This document shows positions 28,304 through 38,799 of a stretch of DNA of 64,000 nucleotides, piece by piece. Below the pieces are notes generated by a model. The model was not told where the DNA came from. It made no database searches and saw only the letters and a program-made list of their open reading frames with translations. The first letter of the stretch is position 1, and each line of letters begins with the position of its first letter. The translations under genes were made by a program, and so were the position numbers. The stretch comes from an uncultured Candidatus Rokubacteria bacterium (GTDB taxonomy: Bacteria; Methylomirabilota; Methylomirabilia; Rokubacteriales; DASRDR01): contig CAWDPM010000005.1 of NCBI GenBank assembly GCA_963804185.1, positions 298,769 to 362,768 of the forward strand, given 5' to 3'.

Positions 28304-28694
28304 ATGCCGCGACGAAGACCGGTCCCCGTCGTCAGCTGGACGGTTCCGCTCCTCGCCCTCCTCGCCCTCGTCACCGGGGTCGACGCCTTCGAGGGCCGCG
28401 TGATCGGGATCGTCGACGGCGACACGATCACCGTCCTGCACCATCAGCGCCCGGTGCGCGTGCGGCTCAACGGGATCGTTGCGCCAGAGGCGAGACAGCC
28501 CTTCAGCAGCAGGGCAAAGCAGGTCACCGCCGCACTGGTGTTCGGGCAGCTCGTCGTGCACGACTACGACCGCTATGGCCGGAGCATCGCCGACGTCCAG
28601 TTACCGGACGGCCGGAGCCTTTAACCAGGAGCTCGTACGGGCCGGGTACGCGTGGTGGTTCCGGAAGTTCCACGCGAACGGCGAAAGCCATTGA
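28304..28694 (+). pseudogene. Secreted staphylococcal-nuclease (SNase/thermonuclease)-like nuclease, +1 frameshift near 28617 in a TTT run
   Basis: Signal peptide, then GRVIGIVDGDTITVLHHQRPVRVRLNGIVAPEARQPFSSRAKQ...YDRYGRSIADVQLPDGRSL, stop, then LNQELVRAGYAWWFRKFHANGESH in the +1 frame (cctttaacc where ccttaacc would restore the frame). Confidence 0.6.
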
Positions 28695-29084
28695 AAACCA
28701 ACGAACACGGGGGAAGACGGGAGGCCCGTATTCCCCCTGTTCTACGGTCTTCGACCCCTTCGGCTTAGCAGATCCTTAGCAGCGGACGGTCGCGCGTGGC
28801 GCCCGACCTGCCCCCCGCCGCGATGTTCCTGAGCTGAGGGATGTCAGCGCGGCTCCGGCGGCGCATACCGCCGCAGCGGATTGGCCACCTGGTCCGGCTC
28901 CCAGATCGGCACCAACTGCCACCAGCCCGCGTCCACCGGCACCGGCACGTACTCCGTCGTGCAGCCGCACCAAGCGGGAATGTGGAGCGTCCGCCCAGGC
29001 TGCCATCCGTGCGGACGCAGGTGCTCAGCACGCATGCGCATGACTGCGACCTCTCGTCCGCAGGTCCAACACGCCCGGGTCGGG

Positions 29085-29125
29085 CGCCGACGGCCGGCGG
29101 CATCGAGCCAGATGGGCGGGGTCAT
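29085..29125 (-). repeat. Copy 1 of about 27-50-bp intergenic repeat (reads ATGACCCCGCCCATCTGGCTCGAYGCCGCCGGCCGTCGG on the minus strand)
   Basis: Near-identical to copy 2 at 29620..29660. Diverged copy at 36033..36059. Confidence 0.5.
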
Positions 29126-29193
29126 GTGCCAGCGCTACTGGCCGTAGCGCTCCGTGTCGCTTTGCGGGCAACCGATGCCTAGAAGCGTGATCT

Positions 29194-29580
29194 TCATGCC
29201 TCATCCGCGAGGATGGCGTAGGCCTCGATTTCGATCAGGAGTTCGGGCTTAACGAGCGCGTTGGTGCCGATCAGCGACGAGGCCGGCGTGTTGCCGCCCA
29301 TCGCCTCGAGATGACCACGTTGGAAACCCGGCAATTGCTTCATGTCGACGATGTAGGACGTGACGCGGACGATATCCTTGACGCCGGCGCCGCATTTTTC
29401 CAGCGCCGTGGCGATCTTGCGATAGGTCTCACGCGTCTGCTCGTAGACGTCCTTGCCGACGGCGTTGCCGTTCTTGTCGAGCGAGGTCGTGCCGGAGACG
29501 TGGATGTGGGGACCCACTCGCACGGCGCGCGCGTAGCCCCCCGCCACCTCGGTGCCATCGAACACGTTCTGCCGCTGCAT
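29194..29580 (-). CDS. RidA/YjgF/TdcF-family reactive-intermediate deaminase
   Basis: Strong SD AAAGGAGG. GPYSHAVRVG-like VGPHIHVSGT, GKDVYEQTRETYRKIATAL, LPGFQRGHLEAMGGNTPASSLIGTNAL. Confidence 0.85.
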   Translation of the reverse strand: MQRQNVFDGTEVAGGYARAVRVGPHIHVSGTTSLDKNGNAVGKDVYEQTRETYRKIATALEKCGAGVKDIVRVTSYIVDMKQLPGFQRGHLEAMGGNTPASSLIGTNALVKPELLIEIEAYAILADEA

Positions 29581-29619
29581 GTGCTTGCCTCCTTTACAGG
29601 TCCAGCAGGCCCCGGGTCG

Positions 29620-29660
29620 GTCACCGACGGCCGGCGGCGTCGAGCCAGATGGGCGGGGTC
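29620..29660 (-). repeat. Copy 2 of the intergenic repeat, directly after the stop of the solute-binding protein gene
   Basis: See copy 1. Confidence 0.5.
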
Positions 29661-30645
29661 ATTCGATCACCCGATCCGCCCGCGCGAGCATTGCCGACGG
29701 AATCGTGAGGCCGATGGCCTTTGCGGTCTTCAGGTTGATGACCAGTTGCAGTTGCGCGGCCCTGTCCACGGGGAGGTCGCCGACCTTGGCACCCCTCAAG
29801 ATCTTGTCGACATACCCGGCCCCCCGCCGCCACATGTCCTGCATGTCCGGGGCGTACCCGATGAGGCCCCCCGCCTCCGCGTACTCCACTAAGCTACAGG
29901 CCGAAGGGAGCCGATTCGCACGGGCGAGATTGGCGATCCGTTGCCGTTCGGCCCAAATCAGTGACGCCGCCAACACATAGAGGGCCTCGGAGCGGGTCCG
30001 CTTCATGTCCCGGAAGGCGGCGTCCAGGTCGTCGGCTGTCGCGATATCCACGCGCTGAAGACTGACACCCAACGCGGGAGCCACTGCGTCTAGCTCCTGC
30101 CAGATCACTCGATAGCCTGGCCCCATGCCCGGATGGCCCAGCACGGCCACTCGGGAGGCTCGCGGGACGGTTTGTTTAAGAAGTTCGAGAACCTTCGGCT
30201 CCAACGCGGGGTCAGTGACCACCGTAACGTTGCCGCCTGGTCGCGCGAGGCTGGCGACCAAGCCCACCGCGACAGGGTCGGCGGTGGCCAACCCGACAAT
30301 GGGCATGGTCGCGCTTGCGCTCATCGCCGCCCGAACGGCCGCCGTTGAGCACGCCGCGATGACCTCGACCTTCAGTCCGACCAGCTCCGTCGCGAGCGCG
30401 GGCAGGCGATCGGGCTTGCCTTCCGCCCAGCGGTACTCGATGGTGAGGGTCTGTCCCACGATCCAGCCATGTGCGCGCAACCCCTCCTCAAACGCCTTGA
30501 CGAGCGGTTCTGTGCCCGCCGCGCTCAAACTGCCGGGGTCGAGGTAGCCAATCCGGCGGACCTTCTCGGCCTGCTGCGCATGGGCGGGAAACCGTGCGGC
30601 GAGAAGGGTAACCGCTCCAGCAACAAACGGGCGCCGACTAATCAT
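29659..30645 (-). CDS. ABC-transporter substrate-binding protein (periplasmic, ABC_sub_bind/DUF534-like)
   Basis: Signal MISRRPFVAGAVTLLAARFPAHA, conserved C-terminus LVINLKTAKAIGLTIPSAMLARADRVIE. Its ATG overlaps the stop of the upstream paralogue (ATGA). Confidence 0.8.
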   Translation of the reverse strand: MISRRPFVAGAVTLLAARFPAHAQQAEKVRRIGYLDPGSLSAAGTEPLVKAFEEGLRAHGWIVGQTLTIEYRWAEGKPDRLPALATELVGLKVEVIAACSTAAVRAAMSASATMPIVGLATADPVAVGLVASLARPGGNVTVVTDPALEPKVLELLKQTVPRASRVAVLGHPGMGPGYRVIWQELDAVAPALGVSLQRVDIATADDLDAAFRDMKRTRSEALYVLAASLIWAERQRIANLARANRLPSACSLVEYAEAGGLIGYAPDMQDMWRRGAGYVDKILRGAKVGDLPVDRAAQLQLVINLKTAKAIGLTIPSAMLARADRVIE

Positions 30646-31839
30646 TGGATCACCTCGTCCGCCCGCGCCAGTACCGCCGGCGGGATCGTGAGGCCGAGAG
30701 CCTTGGCGGTCTTCAGGTTGATGACGAAGTCGAACTTCGTCGGTAGCTGATAGGGCAGCTCGCCCGGATTCGCCCCCTTGAGGACCCGGTCGATGTAACT
30801 GACCGCCCCCCGAAACAGGGCGGGCAAGTCCACGCCGTACGCCAAGAGTCCTCCGTTCTCCACGAATGCCCGGAAGTGGGAAATCGTGGGCAACCGGGCC
30901 TGGGTGGCCAGCTCGACGATGAGTCGTTGGTGCGTGACGTTCTCCGAGTTATCCCCTACGACCACACCCTCCACGCGGTCGCGAGCCATCACCGCAAAGA
31001 CCCGTCGGTACTCCGACTCCTGGATGGGGTCAGCTAACCCTAATCGGCGATTCCGAGAACGGTCAGGGCCACGCGAGCCACTGTCATCACGCTGGCCCGC
31101 GTCACCCAGTGACTCATCACCAAGGCCCTTCGGAGGGCCGTTGGACTGGAGCGCCGGGTGCGTTAATCACCGCGACCGGAGCGGGCCCCGCATGACTCCC
31201 TGGACTGTAAGATTCGCCGTTCAGGGCTAACAGCGCCCCGGCCATCGTGACTCCCACGCGGGCACCCGCCTGGCGCATCGCCACGCCGTAGTCGCCTTCC
31301 CAAATAGCCCGCGGGCAAAGGACGGCCATGCGCGAGGCCGTGGGGACGGCCGCCTTCAAGAGCTCCACGTGCTTCTCGAGGATCGCCCCCCCGGCGTCTA
31401 CGCTGAAGCCCGTAACGTTGCCGCCCGGTCGTGACAAGCTCGTCACGATCTTGGAGAAGATCGGGTCGGCTGTGATCCCGATGATCGGGATCGTGGTCGT
31501 GGCCGCCTGGAATGCTGTGACCATGCGGCCAGACACCAAGAAAATCAAGTCGGGCTGAAGCTGGACCACCTCGCGGGCGACCTCGGGGAAGCGCGCGGGG
31601 CGTCCTTCGCCCGATCGCCGCTCTACGATGAGGTTCTGCCCCTCGACGTAGCCGAGCCGGCGCAGCTCCGAGAAGAGCGCCTTGTAGTACGGATCCTTGG
31701 CCTCGGTCATGTCGGCGACTGCGGCGGCGGGGTTTACAAGGGCGATCCGGTACACCTTACCCGGCTGTTGCGCCTCGGCGGCGAGCGGCGCGGCGAGGAG
31801 GGCCAAGGCGAGGAGGAGGACCATCGAAACTCGCGTCAT
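30642..31839 (-). pseudogene. Second, frameshifted paralogue of the substrate-binding protein
   Basis: N-terminal half intact (MTRVSMVLLLALALLAAPLAAEA...VEGQNLIVERRSGEG...). At least two frameshifts near 31050-31160. C-terminal part (…FVINLKTAKALGLTIPPAVLARADEVIQ) readable in another frame. Confidence 0.65.
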
Positions 31840-31844
31840 GAGTC

Positions 31845-32030
31845 ACCTCCGGCGGACGCGGCCTCCGCCTTCTCCAGCCAGAACCCCATGTCCATCTCGC
31901 GGTACATCGTCGAGGCCGTCGTCAGGTGTTCGCCCGCCTTCGCTCGATCGCCAGTGCGACGGTACAGCTTGCGAGGCCGAGGTGGCAGTGGCGGGCGCAT
32001 GCCGAGCTCCAGGTCAGCGCCGCATTCCTC
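31845..32030 (-). pseudogene. C-terminal remnant (about 60 aa) of a third cyclase-STAND-TPR paralogue
   Basis: ...ELGMRP...RKLYRRTGDRAKAGEHLTTASTMYREMDMGFWLEKAEAA, compare the C-terminus of 15279..18644 (ELGMRPLVAHCHLGLGKLYRRTSDRAKAAEHLTTARVMYQEMDMGVGLEKADTE). Internal frameshift. No upstream body. Confidence 0.5.
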
Positions 32031-32078
32031 GCAGAATCTCGCGCCCTGGGGGTAATGCGCCTGACAATCGGAGACATG

Positions 32079-35000
32079 TCATGAGCGCAGAGGCTCGCCT
32101 CCGCCGCGCTCGCTCGTATTGCTGCCGTCAGACCGAACGGGTAGGGTGAAAGTGAACGTGGAACCCTGGCCGACGTGGCTCTGCACCCAGATTCGCCCAC
32201 CGTGCAGCTCCACGAACTTCTTGGCCAGCGTCAGCCCAAGTCCCGTACCCTCCTGCTTCCGGGCGTCGTCGCGCCCGGCCTGGCGGAACTCCTCGAAGAT
32301 GTTCGCCTGGTCCTCGGGCGCAATCCCGATCCCCGTGTCGCTGACGGCGATGGTGATGACGCCCTCGGCGGCCGTGGCGGTGAGGTCGACCCGACCCCCC
32401 TCCGGCGTGAACTTCACGGCGTTGGAGAGCAGGTTCAGCAGGATCTGCTTCACCTTCCGCTCGTCCGCCACGATGTCGCCTGCATCCACGTCCACATGCT
32501 GGGTGAGCGTGATCCCGTGTCGAGTCGCCCGCTCCCGCACCAGGGTCAGCGCATTGTCAAGGGCGGTGGGCAGGTGAAACCCCCCGAGCTCCAGCTCGAC
32601 CCGTCCGGCCTCCACCTTGGCCAGGTCGAGAATGTCGTTGATCAGGGAGAGGAGATGCCGGCCCGAGGAGAGGATATCCTGGAGGTACTCGGCCTGCTTC
32701 TCGTTCACCTCCCCGAACATCCGGTCGGCCAGCACTTCAGAAAAGCCGAGGATCGCGTTCAGCGGCGTCCGGAGCTCGTGGGACATGTTGGCGAGGAACT
32801 CGGACTTATGGCGACTCGCCGCCGCGAGCAGCCGGCCCTTCGCCTCGAGTTCCCGAAACAAGCGGGCGTTCTGGATGGCGAGGGCGGACTGGGTGGCGAA
32901 GGTCTGGAGCAGCTCGATGACCTCCGGCGCGAACGCGCCCGGTGTTTTCCTGTTGACCGTGAGCCCACCGATCAGCTCACCTTCCCGCAGCAGCGGGATG
33001 GCGAGGAGCGCGCGGGTCCCCGTGCGAAGGAGAATGTCGCGGCGGGGCCCATGATAGGCATCCTCCGCGGCGATGTCGGGGATCTGGACCGGCTGGCGCG
33101 TCATGGCCATGCGCCCCTGGACGCCCTCACCTTTGTGGGTCGGCGTGCGCCGGAGGTGTGCCTCGACCTCCTCGTCAAGGTTGTGGGTCGCGCGGAGGTG
33201 GAAGGTTTCGGTCGCCTCGTCGTACTCGTAGACGGAGCACGCGTCTCCACCGGCCAGCTGGCTGGCGCGCGTCACGATGGTCTGGAGCACCGTGTCCAGG
33301 TCGAGGGTCGAGCTGAGCGCCCGGCCAACCTCGCCCAGCGCCGTGAGCTGTGCCACCGAGCGGGTCAAATCGGTCGTCCGGGCCCGCAGTTCATTGAACA
33401 GGCGCACGTTCTCGATGGCGATCATGGCTTGGTTAGCGAACGTCTCGAGGAGTGCGATCTGCTTGGCCGAGAAGGGATGGACCGCGGGTCCCCGAGCGAT
33501 GTAAAGGACGCCCAGGGCCTTCCCCTCGCGCAGCAGTGGCGTGGCTAGCGGTGTCCGGATGTTGGACCCGGTCTGCCTGATGCGTGCTACGGTGACCGGG
33601 AATTCCGCCTCAGCCGCCAGGATATCCTCAACGTGGATCGTCTCGCGGTCGCACACGGCCCGTCCAACCGTGGTGTCGCGGGTGACAGGGACCGTACCGC
33701 CGATCGCCAGGGAATTGCGCAGTGGCCCGTGCTGCGCTACCTTGCGGAGGAGTTCTCCTTCGAGCCGGAAGATCGCCGAATCCGTCGCCCCGCACACGCG
33801 TGCAGCGTTCTCGGCGACGGCCTCCATGACCGGCTGGAGATCCGTCGGCGAGCTCGCGATCACGCGCAGGATCTCGCTCGTGGCCGTCTGCTGCTCGAGC
33901 GACTCGGTCACCTGCATGTGTGCTTCCGTGAGCGCCCGGTTCTTCTCCTGCAGTTCCGTGAACAGGCGAACATTCTCGATCGCGATCACCGCCTGGTCGG
34001 CGAAGGTCTTCAGGAGCTCGATCTCGCTGGCGTCGAAGGCGCCGGCCGTGGCGCGGGTGACCATGATGACGCCCGTCAGCTGTCCCTCCCGCATCATGGG
34101 CGCCGCCAGCGCCGATCGCCATCCTTGGGTCCTTCCGATCTGACGGGACTCCTCCGAGGCCTCCGGATCTGTCTCTACGTCGGCGATGTGGATCACCGCA
34201 CGGGCAAGAGCGCAGCGCCCGACCGTGAGGTTGGGGCTGGGTCGGATCGAAAACCCACTCGCCGCACCACCGACCGGCCCTCGCATGGCGCCGCGATGGA
34301 GAAGCTCGCCGTCGAACCGCATCACGTATGTCGTCAACGCGTGGAAGAGCCGCTCCGCGCTCTCCACGATGGCGTCGAACACCGGCTGCACATCGGTCGG
34401 CGAGCTCGAGATGACTCGCAAGATCTCGCTCGTCGCCGTCTGCTGCTCCAGGGCCTCTTTCGTCTCGTTGAACAGGCGAACGTTCTCGATCGCGATGACC
34501 GCTTGGTTGGCGAAGGTCTCGAGGAGCGTGATCTGCTTGGCCGAGAAAGGATGGACCTCCGGTCCTCGACTGACGAAGATGACGCCCAGCGGCGTGCCCT
34601 CGCGAAGAAGCGGCGTCCCCAGCATTGTCCGGACGGTAGCCCCGGTCTGCCTTATGCGGGACACTGCTTCCGGGAACTCCGCTTCGGCCGCCAGCATGTC
34701 CTCGACGTGGATCGTCTGCCGGTCGCACACCACCCGTCCGCTGACGAAGCCGCGATTGACTGGGATGGGTTCTCCGATCGCCACTGGGCGGCGCAGCGAT
34801 CCAAACCGCGCCACCGGGCGCAGGCGCTCCCCCTCCAGAAGCCAGATTCCCGAATCCGTCGCCCCGCACACCCGGGCGGCGTTCTCGACGACGGCCTCCA
34901 GAACCGGCTGGAGGTCGGTCGGCGAGCTCGAGATCACGCGAAGGATCTCGCTCGTGGCGGTCTGCTGGTCCAGCGATTCGGTCACCTGCGCGTGGGCCTC

Positions 35001-35689
35001 TATGACCACGCGGTTCTTCTCTTGCAGTTCCGTGACAAGCCGGACGTTTCGATGGCGATCACTGCTTGGTTGGCGAACGTTTCGAGGAGCTCGATCTGCT
35101 TCGCCGAGAACGGATGGGGCTGTGGCCCCCGCGCGATGAAAATCACGCCCAGCGGCGTGCCCTCGCGCAGCAGCGGTGTCACCAGCATTGTCCGGACGGC
35201 TATCTGGGTCTGCCCGGCGCGGGCTGCCGTTACTGGAAACTCAGCCGCTGCCGTCCTGATGTCCTCGACTTGGAGCGTGCGCCCGTCGGTCACTGCGCGT
35301 CCAACCATGGAGTCGCGATCCACCGGAACAGTGTCTCCGACGCGCAATGATCGGCGCAGCGATCCGTGTTGTGTCACCAAACGCAGATGATCCCCTTCGA
35401 GACTATAGATTGACGAATCCGTCGCCCCGCAAACCCGAGCGGCGTTCTCAGCGATCGTCTCCATGACCGGTTGCAAGTCGGTTGGCGAACGGGAGATGAC
35501 CCGCAGGATCTCGGCGGTGGCCGTCTGCTGCTCGAGCGACTCGGTCAGCGCTCGCCTGAGGCTTTCAACCTCGCTGTTCAGGTCCGCGTCTGACTGCGGG
35601 ATGGAGCTGGCTGCGGTCAAAGGGCTTGCGCATTCCTCGCAGAACTTCGCCTGCGGACGGTTCTCGCGCTGGCACCGGGGACATCGCAT
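32079..35689 (-). CDS. Double zinc-ribbon / four tandem GAF domains / histidine kinase (HisKA + HATPase_c); single frameshift near 35040-35050
   Basis: N-terminus MRCPRCQRENRPQAKFCEECASPL. Four GAF repeats each introduced by LEQQTATSEILRVISSSPTDLQPV. HK core FLANMSHELRTPLNAILGF, N-box NLLSNAVKFT, G-boxes DTGIGI and GTGLGLTL. One-nt deletion (gtttcgatggc versus gttctcgatcgc in the other repeats) splits the ORF into 35000..35689 and 32079..35009. Confidence 0.85.
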
Positions 35690-35900
35690 ACCGAGCGTCT
35701 CCCGAGTCCGGATCGCAGCTGCCGGCCAGGATCAAGCGTCACGACACCCGGGCGGTCGCCGCAGCTCGGCGGCCCTGACCGTCCCCCCTGGGGGGTACGG
35801 CAGTCCCGACCCTACCGCGAGCCGGCCCCCGGCGCCAGCCGGTAAGCCCGCTGGTGGACCCGATTCCCTTCAGCCTCGGTGGTGCAGCAACTGGGACGGC
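35690..35900 (-). promoter_or_regulatory. Conserved 5-prime leader homologous to 15090..15278
   Basis: See feature at 15090. Same conserved blocks in the same order relative to the zinc-ribbon ATG. Confidence 0.4.
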
Positions 35901-36032
35901 GCTCCGTCGCGCCAGTGGGAACCCAGGAGTGAACGGAACCCGACTCGAATCGCCAGTGATTATGCGGGTCCCGAAGGCTGATTCCTGGGACTCGGTGTCT
36001 GCCTACCGACCCCAGGCGGGCTTCGTTAGGCG

Positions 36033-36059
36033 TCAAGCCAGATCGGCGGCGTCACGCGA
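36033..36059 (-). repeat. Diverged copy 3 of the intergenic repeat (GTGACGCCGCCGATCTGGCTTGACGCC)
   Basis: Matches the core of copies at 29099..29125 and 29634..29660 with a few substitutions. Confidence 0.35.
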
Positions 36060-36437
36060 GGGTGACCGGGAAGCGGGTGCGTCCGGCGATGGCGGTCACC
36101 TACAACTCCCCTGACCCGCGGCCTCGTGTTGTTCAGACGTTGCTTGCTTGAGGCCCCCCAGGCCCCTCCGCACCCTTGGCCTTGTGCCCTCAGCTTTTCA
36201 CGCCGATTTCACGCCTCGGTCACGTTCCGCGGCTGCCGCGCCGTCTAGCCTCGACCATGGGTACACGGGGATGTCGACAGAAAGGGCTGGTCTTGGGTCT
36301 TCCCCAACTGGCGCGTGATGGCGTGGCATTCTCGCACACTGCGCCAGGTCCATCCTCCCGGTGGTGGTGCGTACAATCCCGCGCACCCCGCGACCAGACT
36401 GCTCGGCGCACGAGGCGTCCGGCCTTCTGGACACTCC

Positions 36438-36797
36438 ATGTTCTCCGACAGCATCTGGCGCCTCCTCGCGGGGTCGCTTGAGTTGTCCCAGCGCGAGTTC
36501 CAGATCCTGCAGGCGGTGTTCGACGACGAAAAGGAATCCGCTATCGCGGCCAACCTCAGTATCTCCTCCCACACTGTCCCCACGCATCTCGAACGTCTGT
36601 ACCACAAGCTTGGCGTTACGAGCCGCGACACTCTCGTTTTCGCGGGTCTTCGTCGAGTACCTGACCCGCAGCCCGGTAAGCGTCGGTCAGGGTTGAACCA
36701 GGGTGGGCGCCCCCAGCGCGGCGGGACGCCCTCGCTCCACCGAACATCCGAGTCGCTGAAGACGCCCCTGCGGCCGGCCTCGGTCCGTGGGGGTTGA
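36438..36797 (+). CDS. Small LuxR/GerE-family HTH regulator
   Basis: LSQREFQILQAVFDDEKESAIAANLSISSHTVPTHLERLYHKLGVTSRDTLV is a good LuxR-type HTH. Odd low-complexity tail after the HTH, so the true C-terminus is uncertain. Confidence 0.5.
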   Translation: MFSDSIWRLLAGSLELSQREFQILQAVFDDEKESAIAANLSISSHTVPTHLERLYHKLGVTSRDTLVFAGLRRVPDPQPGKRRSGLNQGGRPQRGGTPSLHRTSESLKTPLRPASVRGG

Positions 36798-36822
36798 CCT
36801 CTCCAGCGAAGGAGGTGGCTCC

Positions 36823-38091
36823 ATGACGACTCCTCGTGGTGCTCGGGGGATGCGCCGGGCCCCTCGGTCGACAGGCGCGTGGCTCCTGGTGTCGCTGCTG
36901 CTCGTGGCCGGGCCCCCGCCCGCCGCCGCCGACCCGGTGACCGACTGGAACCTGACCACGCTCGCCGTTGAGACCCCCGCGAACATCCTGCGCACGCTTG
37001 CCATGGTCCATTTGGCCATGTTCGACGCCGTGAATGCCGTGTCGCCCGAGTACCAGGCCTACGCGGTGAGCGGGCCGGTGGCCGGCGACGTCTCGGCGGA
37101 GGCCGCGGCCGCCAGCGCGGCGTACGGCATCCTGATCCGGCTTCTTCCCGCCCAGCAGGCATTGCTCGACGCGGCGCTGGCAGCTTCCCTCGCATCGATC
37201 CCGGACGGCCCAGCCAAGACCGCCGGGCTCGCCCTCGGCGACGCCGTGGCCGACGCGATCGTCGCGCTACGGTCCGGCGACGGCATCCTCACGCCCGGGC
37301 CGCCGTACACCCCCGGCACCGAGCCGGGTGATTACCAGCTCACGCCGCCGAACTTCCCTGCGCCGGTCGCCACGGGGGCTAAGGACTGGACCCCGTTCGC
37401 CATGACGAGCGCGTCCCAGTTCCGTCCCAACGGGCCGCCCGCGCTCCGCACCGGCCGGTACGCCCGGGAGCTGGCGGAGGTGCGGCAGCTGGGGACGGCG
37501 GAGGTGCTGCTTCGCACCCTGGAGCAAGACCTCATCGCGAACTGGCACCGCGAGCAGGCCCACTTCCAGGCGAACCGGATCGCCCGAGAGGCGGTGGCCG
37601 GCGGGACGTTCGACCTCCTGACCAGCGCCCGGATGTTCGCGCTTCTGAACGTCGCGACGATGGACGGCGTCCTGAGCGTTTTCGAGGCGAAGTACGTCTA
37701 CGACTTCTGGCGGCCGATCACGGCGATCCGCGAGGCCGGCGACGACGGCAACCCGGCCACGGCTCCCGATCCGGACTGGGCCCCGTTCCTCGGCGTCACG
37801 CCCCCGCACCCCGAGTACCCTTCCGCCCACGCCGTCGGCCAGGCCGCCGCAGCCACCGTGCTGGAGGCCTTCCTTGGTCACCACTACGGCTTCACCGCGA
37901 CGTCCGCGACCGTGCCGGGTGTGGAGCGATCGTTCGACAGCCTGGCGGCGTTCGTCGAGGACGGCAAGCTGGGCCGGGTCTACGGCGGCATCCACTTCCG
38001 ATCAGCGGTCGACGAGGGCGCCCGCCAGGGGAAGAAGCTCGGCAAGTGGGTGCTCAGGACGCTACTAGAGCCCCTTCACGGGGCGCGGTGA
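36823..38091 (+). CDS. Secreted PAP2-superfamily protein of the vanadium-dependent haloperoxidase / acid phosphatase type
   Basis: SD GGAGGTGG. Signal peptide. Motifs DFWRPITAIR, PEYPSAHA, GGIHFRSA match the PAP2/vanadium chloroperoxidase active-site signature. Confidence 0.75.
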   Translation: MTTPRGARGMRRAPRSTGAWLLVSLLLVAGPPPAAADPVTDWNLTTLAVETPANILRTLAMVHLAMFDAVNAVSPEYQAYAVSGPVAGDVSAEAAAASAAYGILIRLLPAQQALLDAALAASLASIPDGPAKTAGLALGDAVADAIVALRSGDGILTPGPPYTPGTEPGDYQLTPPNFPAPVATGAKDWTPFAMTSASQFRPNGPPALRTGRYARELAEVRQLGTAEVLLRTLEQDLIANWHREQAHFQANRIAREAVAGGTFDLLTSARMFALLNVATMDGVLSVFEAKYVYDFWRPITAIREAGDDGNPATAPDPDWAPFLGVTPPHPEYPSAHAVGQAAAATVLEAFLGHHYGFTATSATVPGVERSFDSLAAFVEDGKLGRVYGGIHFRSAVDEGARQGKKLGKWVLRTLLEPLHGAR

Positions 38092-38378
38092 GCGCCGCGT
38101 AGTCAGGACGCAGCCGTGACGGGCACGCGTAAGGTCCGCTGGTATCTCCAGGCACGGGAGGAATACGACACCCTCGCCCGCCAGCTCAACACGTCCCGAA
38201 CTCAAGGACTCGCGGCAGCACCGGCTTGCGTTGAACGAGGCCCGCGTGGCGATGCTGACCGCCCTCAACAGCCTGACCGGCGGGCAACTCGCGCAAGCGC
38301 GCCGCCTCGCTGCCTAGCAGAAGGAGACCACGGATGATGACTAACGCCGTCGGCTCAGGCTTCACGGGGGGTCTGGGG

Positions 38379-38799
38379 ATGATGAGGAAGTCCGTCGCCA
38401 TGTTTGCGCTGGGGGTGTCCGTGTTGCTCCGGCTGGACCCTATCGAGCTCCTGGTGTACCTGGATGACGCGCCCGAGGCGACGTCGATCGACACGGTCGT
38501 TGCGGAAGCGGCCTGCCAGTACATCCGGGCCGAGGAGGTTCCGCTTCCGGTGCCGTACACCGTTCGGCTGTTCCAGCGGTCAGGCGAGAGCCGGCGGTAC
38601 ATCCCGCGGAACTCGCCGGTCGCCAAGGGCCTGCTCTCGAAATGCCCGGCGACGCTCGACGATCGCCGAACTCACGGGACTGCCCTCGAGTGAGGTAACA
38701 GTGGTGGTCGAGTATTTCGGCAATCCCGTCGAGCCGGAGCGGCGAGCAGGCGGGTCGGGTACGCCGACGCGCAGCAGCCAACGAACATCCCACGAATAG
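38379..38799 (+). pseudogene. Hypothetical protein split over two frames (junction near 38655)
   Basis: Frame 1 ...IPRNSPVAKGLLSKCPATLDDR, frame 2 TIAELTGLPSSEVTVVVEYFGNPVEPE. No family assigned. Confidence 0.25.

Noticed and set aside
28844-29125. 93-aa minus ORF beginning MTPPIWLDAAGRRRP
   Set aside because: Its first 13 codons are simply the intergenic repeat, also present without an ORF at 29620 and 36033. No SD. Probably not a gene, though not excluded.
32175-35390. 457-aa and 585-aa plus-strand ORFs
   Set aside because: Antisense to the GAF histidine kinase.
32079-35689. Possible CRISPR-like periodic repeats
   Set aside because: The periodicity is the four GAF-domain coding repeats (about 540 bp each), entirely inside one ORF. 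No short-repeat/spacer architecture anywhere in the window.
38116-38337. Small ORF MTGTRKVRWYLQAREEYDTLARQL... continuing in another frame to ...LNEARVAMLTALNSLTGGQLAQARRLAA
   Set aside because: It might be a frameshifted small regulator or antitoxin-like gene. There is no SD and no recognisable family, and it needs a frameshift to make sense. Left uncalled.
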